DNA from: an uncultured Gammaproteobacteria bacterium
GTDB lineage: Bacteria > Patescibacteriota > Microgenomatia > UBA8517
Length of the DNA stretch: 64,000 nt
Assembly: GCA_964489145.1 (NCBI GenBank)
Contig: CAZAXL010000006.1
Location: 1,614-65,613 of the forward strand
Reading direction: 5' to 3'
Position numbers and translations under genes: made by a program. Every line of letters starts with the position of its first letter. The first letter of the stretch is position 1. This document shows positions 18,603 through 27,919 of the stretch, in pieces. The notes under the pieces are model-generated. The model was not told where the DNA came from and did no database searches. It worked only from the letters and a program-made list of their open reading frames with translations.

Positions 18603-19613
18603 ATGGCAAAAATTTTTGTTACCAGAAAAATTCCGGGAAACAGTCTGGAAAAACTTAAAGAAAGCGAGAATGAAGTTGTGATATCGGAATTTGACAGGCC
18701 TTTAACCGCAGAGGAACTTTTAGAGAAATCAAAGGGCGTTGATTGCCTTCTTTCACTTCTAACAGACCGGATTGATGCCGATGTAATGGATGCAATTGGA
18801 CCGCAACTTAAGATAATAAGTAATTATGCCGTAGGCTTTGACAATATTGACGTAAAAGCTGCGGGGGACAGGGGAATAATTGTAACCAACACTCCCAGTG
18901 ATGAAGTTAACGAGGCCGTTGCGGAGCATACCTGGGCTCTGATTCTTGCTTTAGCCAGAAGAATTGTCGAATCCGACGAGTTTGTCAGGAATCAAGGTTA
19001 TTTTGCCGCTTCGGGCGGATATAAGGGTTGGGAACCGGACTCGTTCCTTGGTCCTTCCGTAAAAGGTAAAACGTTAGGGATTATTGGACTGGGGAGAATT
19101 GGTTCCATGGTAGCCAGACGTGCCAAAGGGTATGAGCTTACAGTTCTTTACAATAAACACAGCAGGGAGTTGGAAATAGAGAAGGAGATGGGGATTAGAT
19201 TTTGTGAATTGGATGAACTTTTGGCTTCGTCAGACTTTGTAACCCTGCATGTCCCCCTGACTGATGAAACCCGGGGAATGATCAACAAAGAAACTTTGGG
19301 CAGGATGAAGCAAGGATCCTATTTGGTTAATACCGCCAGAGGCCCGATTGTAGATGAAAGCGATTTGATAGAGGCACTGGACAGCGGAAAATTGGCAGGG
19401 GCGGCACTGGACGTTTTTGAAAGCGAACCTACTATCAGTCCGAAACTAATATCCATGCCAAATGTTATTATGACTCCGCATATTGCGAGTGCCACCTGGG
19501 AGGCAAGAAATAAAATGGGGGAGCAAGCAGTTGCCGCAATTATCGATGTTGTAAACGGCATCAAACCTCAAAATATGGTTGACGAGAAAGTCTGGAATGT
19601 CCGAAGAAAATAA
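18603..19613 (+). CDS. D-isomer-specific 2-hydroxyacid dehydrogenase (glyoxylate/hydroxypyruvate reductase-like)
   Basis: GIIGLGRIGSMVARRAKG NAD-binding motif; start moved to MAKIFVTRK (ATG 18603). Confidence 0.8.
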   Translation: MAKIFVTRKIPGNSLEKLKESENEVVISEFDRPLTAEELLEKSKGVDCLLSLLTDRIDADVMDAIGPQLKIISNYAVGFDNIDVKAAGDRGIIVTNTPSDEVNEAVAEHTWALILALARRIVESDEFVRNQGYFAASGGYKGWEPDSFLGPSVKGKTLGIIGLGRIGSMVARRAKGYELTVLYNKHSRELEIEKEMGIRFCELDELLASSDFVTLHVPLTDETRGMINKETLGRMKQGSYLVNTARGPIVDESDLIEALDSGKLAGAALDVFESEPTISPKLISMPNVIMTPHIASATWEARNKMGEQAVAAIIDVVNGIKPQNMVDEKVWNVRRK

Positions 19614-19635
19614 ACTTCTTATATAGAATAAATTT

Positions 19636-19953
19636 ATGGCAATTTTTGGAAAAAAAGAAGACGAATTTGAAGAAGAGGAAGATTTTAAATCCGGTAGAAA
19701 AATTACCAGGAAGTTTAAAGATCTAAACCCTGAAAATAAAAAAAGGAGAAAAGAACCTCCGAAACCCTGGGGTAAAAAAGAGAGGCTGATTGTGCTGATT
19801 GTTCTTCTTGTTTCGACTTTAACTTCGGTTATACTGCTATTTAGCAACTCTTTTAAAATTAAGTTTGCCGAATTCCGTATTGGAGTACCCGAGTTTAATC
19901 TGAATTCGATAAATATCTTTAAAGGTGAGACAATAGTTATCGAGAAAAAATAA
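19636..19953 (+). CDS. Hypothetical membrane protein, charged N-terminus
   Basis: ORF with a single TM segment. Confidence 0.35.
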   Translation: MAIFGKKEDEFEEEEDFKSGRKITRKFKDLNPENKKRRKEPPKPWGKKERLIVLIVLLVSTLTSVILLFSNSFKIKFAEFRIGVPEFNLNSINIFKGETIVIEKK

Positions 19954-19961
19954 CATTCAAT

Positions 19962-20627
19962 ATGAAAAAACTTACTTCGCCATTCACACTTATTAAAAAA
20001 TCACTGGAAATATTTACTAAAAAGGAAAATTTTCTTTTTCTAATCAAAATTTATCTGCCGGTTTCGGCTTTATCATTAATTTCATTGGCTTTTATAAACA
20101 TTCCCTTTTTGTCTAAAACGTTGGACGCTTCTTTGGGGAACGCCGTAGATATAGTAGTCAGCATACTCTTCCTTGTTCTCTCGGTTTTTATGAGCATAGC
20201 CGGAATAATGGCTGTTATCAGGATAATCGACGGTAAAAACCTGCGGATAAAAGAGGTTTATAAAGAAGCTTTTTCAAAATTTGGAATTTTCTTCTTGCTG
20301 ACAATTACCATTTATTTAATAAATCTCCTGGGACTGGTTTTGTTGATCGTTCCGTTTGTTCTCGTAATTGTTTGGTTTGCATTCAGTAAATTTGTAATGG
20401 TTGATAAAGGCGTCGGAATCAAAGTATCACTTCTCGAAAGCAGGAGCATGGTGAAAGGAATTTTTTGGCAAGTTCTTGGCAGATTGCTTGCTTTCGGACT
20501 CTTTTGGTTTTTCTCGCAGATGGTATTGTCAATTTTACCTTTCGGAATAGGAACTGTTATTTATGGTCTTTGCGGAGGGCTTTTTGTAATTCCGTCGTTT
20601 CTTCTCTACAGGGAAATTAACGGGTAA
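19962..20627 (+). CDS. Hypothetical polytopic membrane protein
   Basis: Multiple hydrophobic segments. Confidence 0.4.
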   Translation: MKKLTSPFTLIKKSLEIFTKKENFLFLIKIYLPVSALSLISLAFINIPFLSKTLDASLGNAVDIVVSILFLVLSVFMSIAGIMAVIRIIDGKNLRIKEVYKEAFSKFGIFFLLTITIYLINLLGLVLLIVPFVLVIVWFAFSKFVMVDKGVGIKVSLLESRSMVKGIFWQVLGRLLAFGLFWFFSQMVLSILPFGIGTVIYGLCGGLFVIPSFLLYREING

Positions 20628-22920
20628 ACTCTGTACTGGCTCCCGTGTCGAGGATTTTGTTTTTCCTATTTTTCTTATCGTCATCTAACCGTTTTTGATC
20701 AAAATTGCAGTGTTTGGTTGGACGGTTCTCATCTAGAAACCATTCTTGCCTGGTGGGACAATTATCGCAGGGAAGTGTGCCCGATAGAGAACAGATATTT
20801 ACTTTACTGATGCCGTCCGGAACTTTCCAATCGATAGATGGCTGCCCGTTTAAAACTGCCATCATGATTTTATTCCAGATAGGAGAGGCTCCGGTTATAC
20901 CTGAGGCAACACGGCTCATGGGAGAGTTGTCATTATTTCCGACCCAGGTTAGCACCAAATAGTTTTGGTTATAGCCCACCGTCCAATTATCCCTGAGGTC
21001 ATTACTGGTTCCTGTTTTGACTGCTATCTCAGGGTGGTCTTTTACCGCCAGGTAGGAGTTGTATCCGAATTCAGGCGCTCTGGCACCGTTATCTTTAAGA
21101 ATGTCTGTCAAAAGAAACGCAACTCTCTCGTCAATTACCTGGGTTACCACCGGATCATTTTTTTCTAAGATTTGTCCCTTGTAATTTTTAACTTCTAAAA
21201 TTGGCATAAAATCGGGTCTTTTACCCGAACCCGCCAGCGTCGCATAGACTTTAGATAAATCAAGGGCTGTAACGGCACCTCCTCCGAGTGTTAAGGAAAG
21301 TCCATAATCGGAGGGATTTTTCCAAGTTGTGATTCCCATTTTTCGGCCCTCCTCAATCATTTTTGGAACACCATACGAAGCAAGAATTTTTACTGCTGGA
21401 ATATTTCTACTTTGGGCAAGTGCGCTTCTCAGGGTAATTTGTCCCCGATATTGCCCATCGTAGTTTACCGGGGCGTAGGGTGTGGTTCCGGGTGTGTAAA
21501 AGGTAATTGGGGAGTCATCGATAATCGAGGCGGGTGTAAATCCGTTAGAAAGCGCGTAAGCATAATTTACAACTTTAATTGAGCTTCCGGGTTGTCTTAC
21601 ACTTGTAATAACATTTACATTTCCATCATTTTCGGTATCGAAATAATTTTTCGAGCCTACCATTGCTAAAATTTCTCCGGTTTGGGGATTCATAACAAGC
21701 GCTGCACCGTTTCCAACATGAAGCCTGTCCAGTTTGTCTACTTCGGTTTTAACAACTTGTTCTGCGGCTTCTTGTATGAGCAAGTCCAGGCTGGTTGTGA
21801 CCTCAAGCCCTCCTTTTTCGACAACACTTTCCCCATATTTATCGACAAGAAGCTGCCTGATATACATCACAAAATGAGGAGCTTTGATTTCCGTTTTTCT
21901 CGAAACAAAATGCAGTTTCTCGGCGGCGGCTGCGCTTGCCTGACTTTGAGAAATATATTTATTTATCACCATTAAACGCAAGACTTCCCTTTGTCTTTCA
22001 AAAGCAAGTTCCGGGTTTGATCCGAATGGTGAGAAAGTTGTCGGGCTTTTAGGAAGGCCTGCCAGAAGCGCAGCTTCCGATAGAGAAATGTCTTCAACGT
22101 TTTTTCCAAAATATGACTCGGATGCTTCCTGGATTCCATATGCGGTGCCGCCATAACTCACCTCATTCAAATACATTTCAAATATTTGATCTTTGGTATA
22201 AATCGTTTCAATTTCGACGGAAAGAATTAATTCACGGATTTTACGTGTTATTGTTTTTTCGGGGGAGAGGAGGGTATTTTTAACAAGCTGTTGAGTAATA
22301 GTCGAACCTCCCTGAACCGAGCCGGTTTTAATATCTTGTACTATTGCTCTAAAAATTCCTCTCAGAGAAAATCCGGGGTGGGAATAAAACTCGGCGTCTT
22401 CAGCAGCCAAAGTTGCCAGTTTGACGCTGTCCGGAATTTGAGTTAGGGGAATTATGGTCCTGTTTTTATCCTTATATATTTTGTAGAGGAGATTGCCGTT
22501 TCGGTCATAAATTTTAGTTGAAACTTCGGGAACCCTTGACTCAAGTTCTCCGGGGGACGGCATGTCGCGGATGATGAAAAAGTAAAAAGCAGAACTAAGA
22601 AATAAAATCAGGATCAATGTTGCAAAAAAAGACCAGGCTTTACGGCGCGGGCGGCGTTTTCGTTTCTTCTTGTCGGATTTGGCAAAAAAGTTTTTAAAAC
22701 GTGTGGAAATTTTTATGAAAATCAATCCCAGACGGAGTTCCTCAAGTCTCAGGGAAAATTTGGAAAACACAGATCTCTTTGCTTTGCCTTTTCTTTTCTT
22801 TTTAACTTTAATTGATCCTATTTTATTTGTGATTACGACCGGCAAAAGAAGTAAACCGGCAAGAAAAAAATATATAGGCTTGCCGACTAGGCTGAGAATC
22901 CGTTTAATTGCTTTAATCAT
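20617..22920 (-). CDS. Class A penicillin-binding protein (PBP1A family; transglycosylase plus transpeptidase)
   Basis: AAEDAEFYSHPGF (GT51), RQPGSSIKV, SRN, KTGTSND. Confidence 0.85.
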   Translation of the reverse strand: MIKAIKRILSLVGKPIYFFLAGLLLLPVVITNKIGSIKVKKKRKGKAKRSVFSKFSLRLEELRLGLIFIKISTRFKNFFAKSDKKKRKRRPRRKAWSFFATLILILFLSSAFYFFIIRDMPSPGELESRVPEVSTKIYDRNGNLLYKIYKDKNRTIIPLTQIPDSVKLATLAAEDAEFYSHPGFSLRGIFRAIVQDIKTGSVQGGSTITQQLVKNTLLSPEKTITRKIRELILSVEIETIYTKDQIFEMYLNEVSYGGTAYGIQEASESYFGKNVEDISLSEAALLAGLPKSPTTFSPFGSNPELAFERQREVLRLMVINKYISQSQASAAAAEKLHFVSRKTEIKAPHFVMYIRQLLVDKYGESVVEKGGLEVTTSLDLLIQEAAEQVVKTEVDKLDRLHVGNGAALVMNPQTGEILAMVGSKNYFDTENDGNVNVITSVRQPGSSIKVVNYAYALSNGFTPASIIDDSPITFYTPGTTPYAPVNYDGQYRGQITLRSALAQSRNIPAVKILASYGVPKMIEEGRKMGITTWKNPSDYGLSLTLGGGAVTALDLSKVYATLAGSGKRPDFMPILEVKNYKGQILEKNDPVVTQVIDERVAFLLTDILKDNGARAPEFGYNSYLAVKDHPEIAVKTGTSNDLRDNWTVGYNQNYLVLTWVGNNDNSPMSRVASGITGASPIWNKIMMAVLNGQPSIDWKVPDGISKVNICSLSGTLPCDNCPTRQEWFLDENRPTKHCNFDQKRLDDDKKNRKNKILDTGASTEFTR

Positions 22921-23028
22921 TTTCCGCGAATTTTAACCCCACACCAAACTTAATGCAATGGAGAATGATATGGGCACAACATTATTGATGTGGGGTTATA
23001 CAGTAAAGCCGTAAAAATAAAAGCTAAA

Positions 23029-25266
23029 TCAGCGTAGTGGGTAGTTTATGGTTGCCGATGCCGAAGCAATGACGCAGGTTAGACAGAATAGTGTTCCGTC
23101 AGGATCCATATAAGTGGGTTTATTTTCCGTATGAACTTGATCCGGTGGATCAGAGACGGAAGCCATCTGACCGGTGGTGTTATTTATAAGAATATCCTGA
23201 AATATAACATTTGATGTTGCCGGAATGGTTCCTGTAAGAAAATACTCAAATCTTGTCGGACATCCGGGATTTCCCGGATCTTGAGATGGAGGAGCACCTC
23301 CAGTATCGGCACAAATTGTTGCTCCAACCACGCCGTCCGGTTGTTTTGGCCAAGCGTGTCCTTTCTCATTGGGGTCATAATCTCCGGCCTCAGCTTTAGC
23401 AAGCACTGCTTTCATAATTTTGTTCCATATGGGAGAGGCTCCGGATACCCCAGAAACCGCGCCACCCATTGAACTGTTATCGTTGTTTCCTACCCAAGTA
23501 ACAACAACAGCATCTGCCGTGTAGCCAACAGTCCAGTTATCACGTCTATCGTTTGTTGTACCGGTTTTAACCGAAACTTCTGGATGTCCCGCTACATTCA
23601 GGAAAGAACTTGGACCAAACGCTCCCGTTCTGGCGTTGTTATCCAAAAGTATGTGGGATGTTAAAAATGTAACACTGGGTTCTAAAATTCGGTTTCCCGT
23701 TAACACATTTTTAGAAGGATCATATTCAGATAGTGTGTTTCCTTTCCAATCGGTAACCTTTGTTATCGCGACAAGAGGCTGCTCAATTCCTTGATTAGCA
23801 AAGACTCCGTAGGCAACTGCCATATCATAAGGCCGGACTAAAATTCCGCCTAAAGTTGCGGAAAGTCCGTAATCCTTTGGATCGGTAAGGGTGGTTAAAC
23901 CCATTTTTTTCCCAAAATCGATGAAATTTTCCAGCCCGTTTATCGCCAGCACCCTTACGGCGGGAATATTGTATGAATTTCCCAGCACGAATCTTGTCTG
24001 AACCAAACCATGAAAAGTTCCGTCATAATTTACCGGACAGTAATCGGGTTGACCCCGTACTCTAAAACAGGTCGGAACATCCGCAAAAGCCGTTGCCAAA
24101 GTTATTTTTTGATCCCTGATGGCCAGAGCATAATTCAAAGGTTTGATGGAGCTTCCCGGTTGCCTTTGTGAAAGAACTACGTTTACCTTGCCGTCCTCAT
24201 CCGTGGCAAAATAATCTTTTGAACCTACCATTGCCAAAATCTCACCGGTAGATGGCCTTGTAACAATTGCAGCGCCATTTCCAACCTTCTGTTTTTTAAG
24301 CTTGGCAACCTCTGTTGCAACGGCCTGCTGAGCCAGGTTTTGTATGTCCAAGTCCAGCGTTGTGTAAACTCTTAAGCCGCCCTGTTCTACGATTTTTTCG
24401 CCGTATTTTTCGGCAAGCTGTTCTTTGATCCAAAGCGCAAAATGGGGCGCTTGTGTGGGATTAATATTTGCGTAATTAAGCCCCTCTTTACTTGCCTGAT
24501 CAGCCTCTTCTTTTGTGATGTATTTATTCGCAATCATTTGTCTCAAAACTTCTTCCTGCCTATCCTTTGCAAGTTCCGGATGGGCTCCGAATGGCGAATA
24601 GGTGGAGGGTCTTTGTGGCAATCCTGCCAAAAGAGCCGACTCGGCGAGACTTAAATCTTTTGTGGATTTATCAAAATACGTCTCGCTGGCGGACTCAATT
24701 CCATAAGCAGTCCCGCCGTAGGGGATTGTGTTTAGGTACATTTCCAGAATTTGATCTTTGGAATAGATAGACTCAATAACAATCGTCAAAACCAACTCCT
24801 GAGCTTTTCGTCTGACAGTTCTCTCACTGGTTAGAAGCGAATTTTTTACAAGTTGCTGGGTGATGGTTGAGCCTCCTTGAACTTGGTGTTTAAAAATTGT
24901 GTTATAAAGTGCGCGGGTAATTCCCGTATACGAGAATCCCTGGTGTTTATAAAAGTCTTTATCTTCAATTGAAACAGTCGCGTTTTTTACATAGATCGGA
25001 ATTTCTTTAAGTTTAATAGGCGTCCTTTTTCTGTCGGTATAAATTTCGTAAATTAACCTGCTCTCTCTGTCAAATATTTTTGTTGAAACGGGTAATGTTT
25101 CGGAAATAAGCTTTGTAGGAAGGGGAATTCCCCAAAAAAGATAAACTCCGATTATCGTTACGAATCCCCAGTAAATCGTAGCCTTAATTCCACGCCTGGT
25201 GGTAAGTAGATATCTGGTTTTTTTGCCGATTAATTTAGATAGCCTTTTCATCCGAAAGGAAACCAT
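23029..25266 (-). CDS. Class A penicillin-binding protein (PBP1A family), paralog
   Basis: EDKDFYKHQGF, RQPGSSIKP, KTGTTND. Confidence 0.85.
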   Translation of the reverse strand: MVSFRMKRLSKLIGKKTRYLLTTRRGIKATIYWGFVTIIGVYLFWGIPLPTKLISETLPVSTKIFDRESRLIYEIYTDRKRTPIKLKEIPIYVKNATVSIEDKDFYKHQGFSYTGITRALYNTIFKHQVQGGSTITQQLVKNSLLTSERTVRRKAQELVLTIVIESIYSKDQILEMYLNTIPYGGTAYGIESASETYFDKSTKDLSLAESALLAGLPQRPSTYSPFGAHPELAKDRQEEVLRQMIANKYITKEEADQASKEGLNYANINPTQAPHFALWIKEQLAEKYGEKIVEQGGLRVYTTLDLDIQNLAQQAVATEVAKLKKQKVGNGAAIVTRPSTGEILAMVGSKDYFATDEDGKVNVVLSQRQPGSSIKPLNYALAIRDQKITLATAFADVPTCFRVRGQPDYCPVNYDGTFHGLVQTRFVLGNSYNIPAVRVLAINGLENFIDFGKKMGLTTLTDPKDYGLSATLGGILVRPYDMAVAYGVFANQGIEQPLVAITKVTDWKGNTLSEYDPSKNVLTGNRILEPSVTFLTSHILLDNNARTGAFGPSSFLNVAGHPEVSVKTGTTNDRRDNWTVGYTADAVVVTWVGNNDNSSMGGAVSGVSGASPIWNKIMKAVLAKAEAGDYDPNEKGHAWPKQPDGVVGATICADTGGAPPSQDPGNPGCPTRFEYFLTGTIPATSNVIFQDILINNTTGQMASVSDPPDQVHTENKPTYMDPDGTLFCLTCVIASASATINYPLR

Positions 25267-25345
25267 ATTACATTATATTACAGATGGTGTAATCTGTTAT
25301 TGTGAAGAGCATAAGTTAAACTTTTTGGTACAATATATCTTATTA

Positions 25346-25855
25346 ATGGAAACCCTCAAACAACTTGAATCAAGATCCTGGTGGAAATACCTTGGTGAGG
25401 ATATTCAGAAACTTCTTTCAACATCGGAATTTCTTTATGATGTTGTTGAAAGTTGGGGAGCGGATCTGCCGGGTGGAAAAGAGAAGTTTCATGATTATTC
25501 TTTTGTGCTTTTTCCCGCGGCGAAAGCTTACGAAGGTTTTTTGAAGAAAATGTTTTTGGATATGGGATTTATCACTGAAGAGGATTATTTTGGTAAGCAT
25601 TTTAGAATCGGTAAGGCACTTAACCCCTCTCTACCCAGAGAACTGAGAAATGAAAGCGTATATGACAAAATTGTCAATTATTGCCGCGGAGAAGCTCTGG
25701 CAGATCACCTTTGGGAGACATGGAGGCTCTGCAGGAATTTAATTTTTCACTGGTTTCCGAATGAAAAAAATGCAATTACCTTGCCCGAGGCAAGGCAGAG
25801 AATAGAAATGATAATAAATGCAATTGATGAAGCTTTTGAAGGGTGTAAGATATAA
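25346..25855 (+). CDS. Hypothetical all-alpha protein with HEPN-like RNxxxH motif
   Basis: CRNLIFHWF (R-x4-H) near the C-terminus; start moved to METLKQLES (ATG 25346). Confidence 0.35.
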   Translation: METLKQLESRSWWKYLGEDIQKLLSTSEFLYDVVESWGADLPGGKEKFHDYSFVLFPAAKAYEGFLKKMFLDMGFITEEDYFGKHFRIGKALNPSLPRELRNESVYDKIVNYCRGEALADHLWETWRLCRNLIFHWFPNEKNAITLPEARQRIEMIINAIDEAFEGCKI

Positions 25856-25905
25856 GATATACCTTGCATCTCGTGAACTCGATGTAAAATAAAACAGAAG
25901 GAAAA

Positions 25906-26556
25906 ATGACTGCCAAGACGACAGTAGTAAAACACGTAACTATTTATTCAATCTATCTTCTTTTGGTTTGGACTGCCTACCGTTTTTTGCGGCTCCAATT
26001 TCCGGATCAGGTTGAAGAACTTATTATTAAACCCATTATCTGGCTGCTACCCATATTCTGGTTTACAACTAAAGAAAAATTTCCCTTGTCGTCGCTTGGA
26101 ATAACTTTCAAAAACCTATTTCCAGCAATTTATCTTTCATTGGGACTTGGGGCGATCTTTGTAATTGAAGCGGTATTAACCAATTTCTTTAAATATGGGC
26201 ATTTTAATTTCGGGGCAAATATAGGTAACATGCCGATACTTTCTTCGCTCGGTCTTTCTTTCGCGACCGCCTTTTCGGAAGAAACGGCCTTTAGGGGATA
26301 TATTTTCGGAAGGCTTTGGTTTACTTTGAAAGACGAATGGTCCGCGAATGTCGCCAGTTCGATTATTTGGACGATTGTGCATATTCCGATAGCGTTTTTG
26401 GTTTGGAAATTAAATCTCGCCTCAGGAATTCTATACCTGCTCCTTACAGCGGCGTTTGGAATAGGATCTGCCTTTGTCTTTGGGAGAACTAAGAACATTT
26501 TCGGTTCGATCCTGCTTCACGTACTTTGGGAATGGCCGATTATTCTTTTCAGGTAA
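25906..26556 (+). CDS. CPBP-family (CAAX/Abi) intramembrane metalloprotease
   Basis: EETAFRGYIFGRL, WTIVHIP, ILLHVLWEW. Confidence 0.7.
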   Translation: MTAKTTVVKHVTIYSIYLLLVWTAYRFLRLQFPDQVEELIIKPIIWLLPIFWFTTKEKFPLSSLGITFKNLFPAIYLSLGLGAIFVIEAVLTNFFKYGHFNFGANIGNMPILSSLGLSFATAFSEETAFRGYIFGRLWFTLKDEWSANVASSIIWTIVHIPIAFLVWKLNLASGILYLLLTAAFGIGSAFVFGRTKNIFGSILLHVLWEWPIILFR

Positions 26557-26600
26557 CTTGACACAAGGAAAGTGTCCGAAGTAGGATTGTATTTGTCCCG

Positions 26601-27221
26601 ATGAAAAATTTTTTACTCGCCGCCGCTATTTTTGTCTTCGCTTTTGCTGTTCTTTTCATTTCAATTTTTGATTCATCGGCTATAAATTATCCCACTTCCC
26701 AGTCTCCGTACCAGCCGCTTGTGGGTCCAAAAGCACCGGAAATTAACTATCCTCTTCCTTATTCCGGAAATGTTTTGCCGGATAGCCCTTTATGGCCCCT
26801 TAAGGCATTAAGGGATAAAGTCTGGATTGGGGTGACAACCTCCCATCTTAGAAGAGCCGAACTTGCCCTGCTTTTTTCCGATAAAAGATTGGTTATGACA
26901 CAGAAACTTTTTGAAAAAGGGGAACCGGATATTGCTATATCCACTTTAACAAAAGGGGAGATGTATTTTCCGATTGCCGTGGAGGAAGAAAAAATTGCTA
27001 GATCCCAGGGGGTGGATACCTCTATATTTTTAAGCAAATTGGCCTTATCGGCTTTGAAACACAGAGAGGTTGCAGAGGATTTGATACAGTTAGCACCGGA
27101 AGATATAAGGCCACTTATTATCAAGGCGGAAAATTATGCAAAAGACACATATGAACTAGCAAAAGACCTGTTAAATTCAAAAGGATTGCCGGTTCCGAAA
27201 GATCCATTTGTTGGGGATTAA
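26601..27221 (+). CDS. Hypothetical secreted protein
   Basis: N-terminal signal/TM segment; no recognised motif. Confidence 0.35.
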   Translation: MKNFLLAAAIFVFAFAVLFISIFDSSAINYPTSQSPYQPLVGPKAPEINYPLPYSGNVLPDSPLWPLKALRDKVWIGVTTSHLRRAELALLFSDKRLVMTQKLFEKGEPDIAISTLTKGEMYFPIAVEEEKIARSQGVDTSIFLSKLALSALKHREVAEDLIQLAPEDIRPLIIKAENYAKDTYELAKDLLNSKGLPVPKDPFVGD

Positions 27222-27371
27222 ATGCCTTAATCGCCTCATTTTTTTATACTATTTTTTGGTTCTCCAAAAGCCCGAAAAAATTATTTCCGCAAAAACTACA
27301 GGAATTGTAAAAATATCAGGCTTAGCACACGCCTGAGATGATATATTTTGAACAAAAGCTTACTAGTTGAC

Positions 27372-27419
27372 AGTCTACAGGTAGTGTTTAACAATCAATA
27401 CTGTCACTATTTGTAGAGC
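27372..27419 (+). promoter_or_regulatory. Two NrdR-box-like degenerate palindromes (centres 32 bp apart) overlapping a TTGACA promoter upstream of nrdR
   Basis: agtctacaggtagtgt (27372..27387) and tcactatttgtagagc (27404..27419) compared with the NrdR box recalled as acaCwAtATaTwGtgt; TTGACA at 27366. Confidence 0.35.
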
Positions 27420-27479
27420 ATTTACTTTACATGCGTGAAACGCATGCAAAAGCTTTAGCTTTTTCCAAGAGTGAAACTT

Positions 27480-27917
27480 ATGAAATGTCCTTTTTGCGGT
27501 ACAGCCGAGACAAGTGTTTTAGAGAGTAGGACTGCTGAGGACGGTTCAATAAGAAGGAGAAGAGAATGTGGTAAGTGCGGAAAGAGATTTACAACGGTAG
27601 AACAGGTAAAAAGAAGTTTTCTCTGGGTCATTAAGAAAAACGGTAGACGGGAGGTTTTTGATAAAGAAAAGATAAAAAGGGGAATACTTAGGGCAATTGA
27701 AAAGCGTCCCGTTTCGTTGGATCTTGTTGATGACGTTACCGATCAGGTGGAAATGGAAATGCTGAGAAGTGAAAAACAGGAAATTTCCACGGGAGTCATA
27801 GGAAGCGCAGTCTTGAAAAAATTGAAAAAAATAGATAAAGTCGCCTGGCTCAGATTTGCAAGCGTTTACCTTGAATTTGAAGATTTAAGCGATTTTGAAA
27901 AATTAATCGAAAAATAA
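27480..27917 (+). CDS. nrdR: Transcriptional repressor NrdR
   Basis: MKCPFCGTAETSVLESR...RRRECGKCGKRFTTVE zinc ribbon plus ATP-cone; start taken at ATG 27480. Confidence 0.9.
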   Translation: MKCPFCGTAETSVLESRTAEDGSIRRRRECGKCGKRFTTVEQVKRSFLWVIKKNGRREVFDKEKIKRGILRAIEKRPVSLDLVDDVTDQVEMEMLRSEKQEISTGVIGSAVLKKLKKIDKVAWLRFASVYLEFEDLSDFEKLIEK

Positions 27918-27919
27918 AA

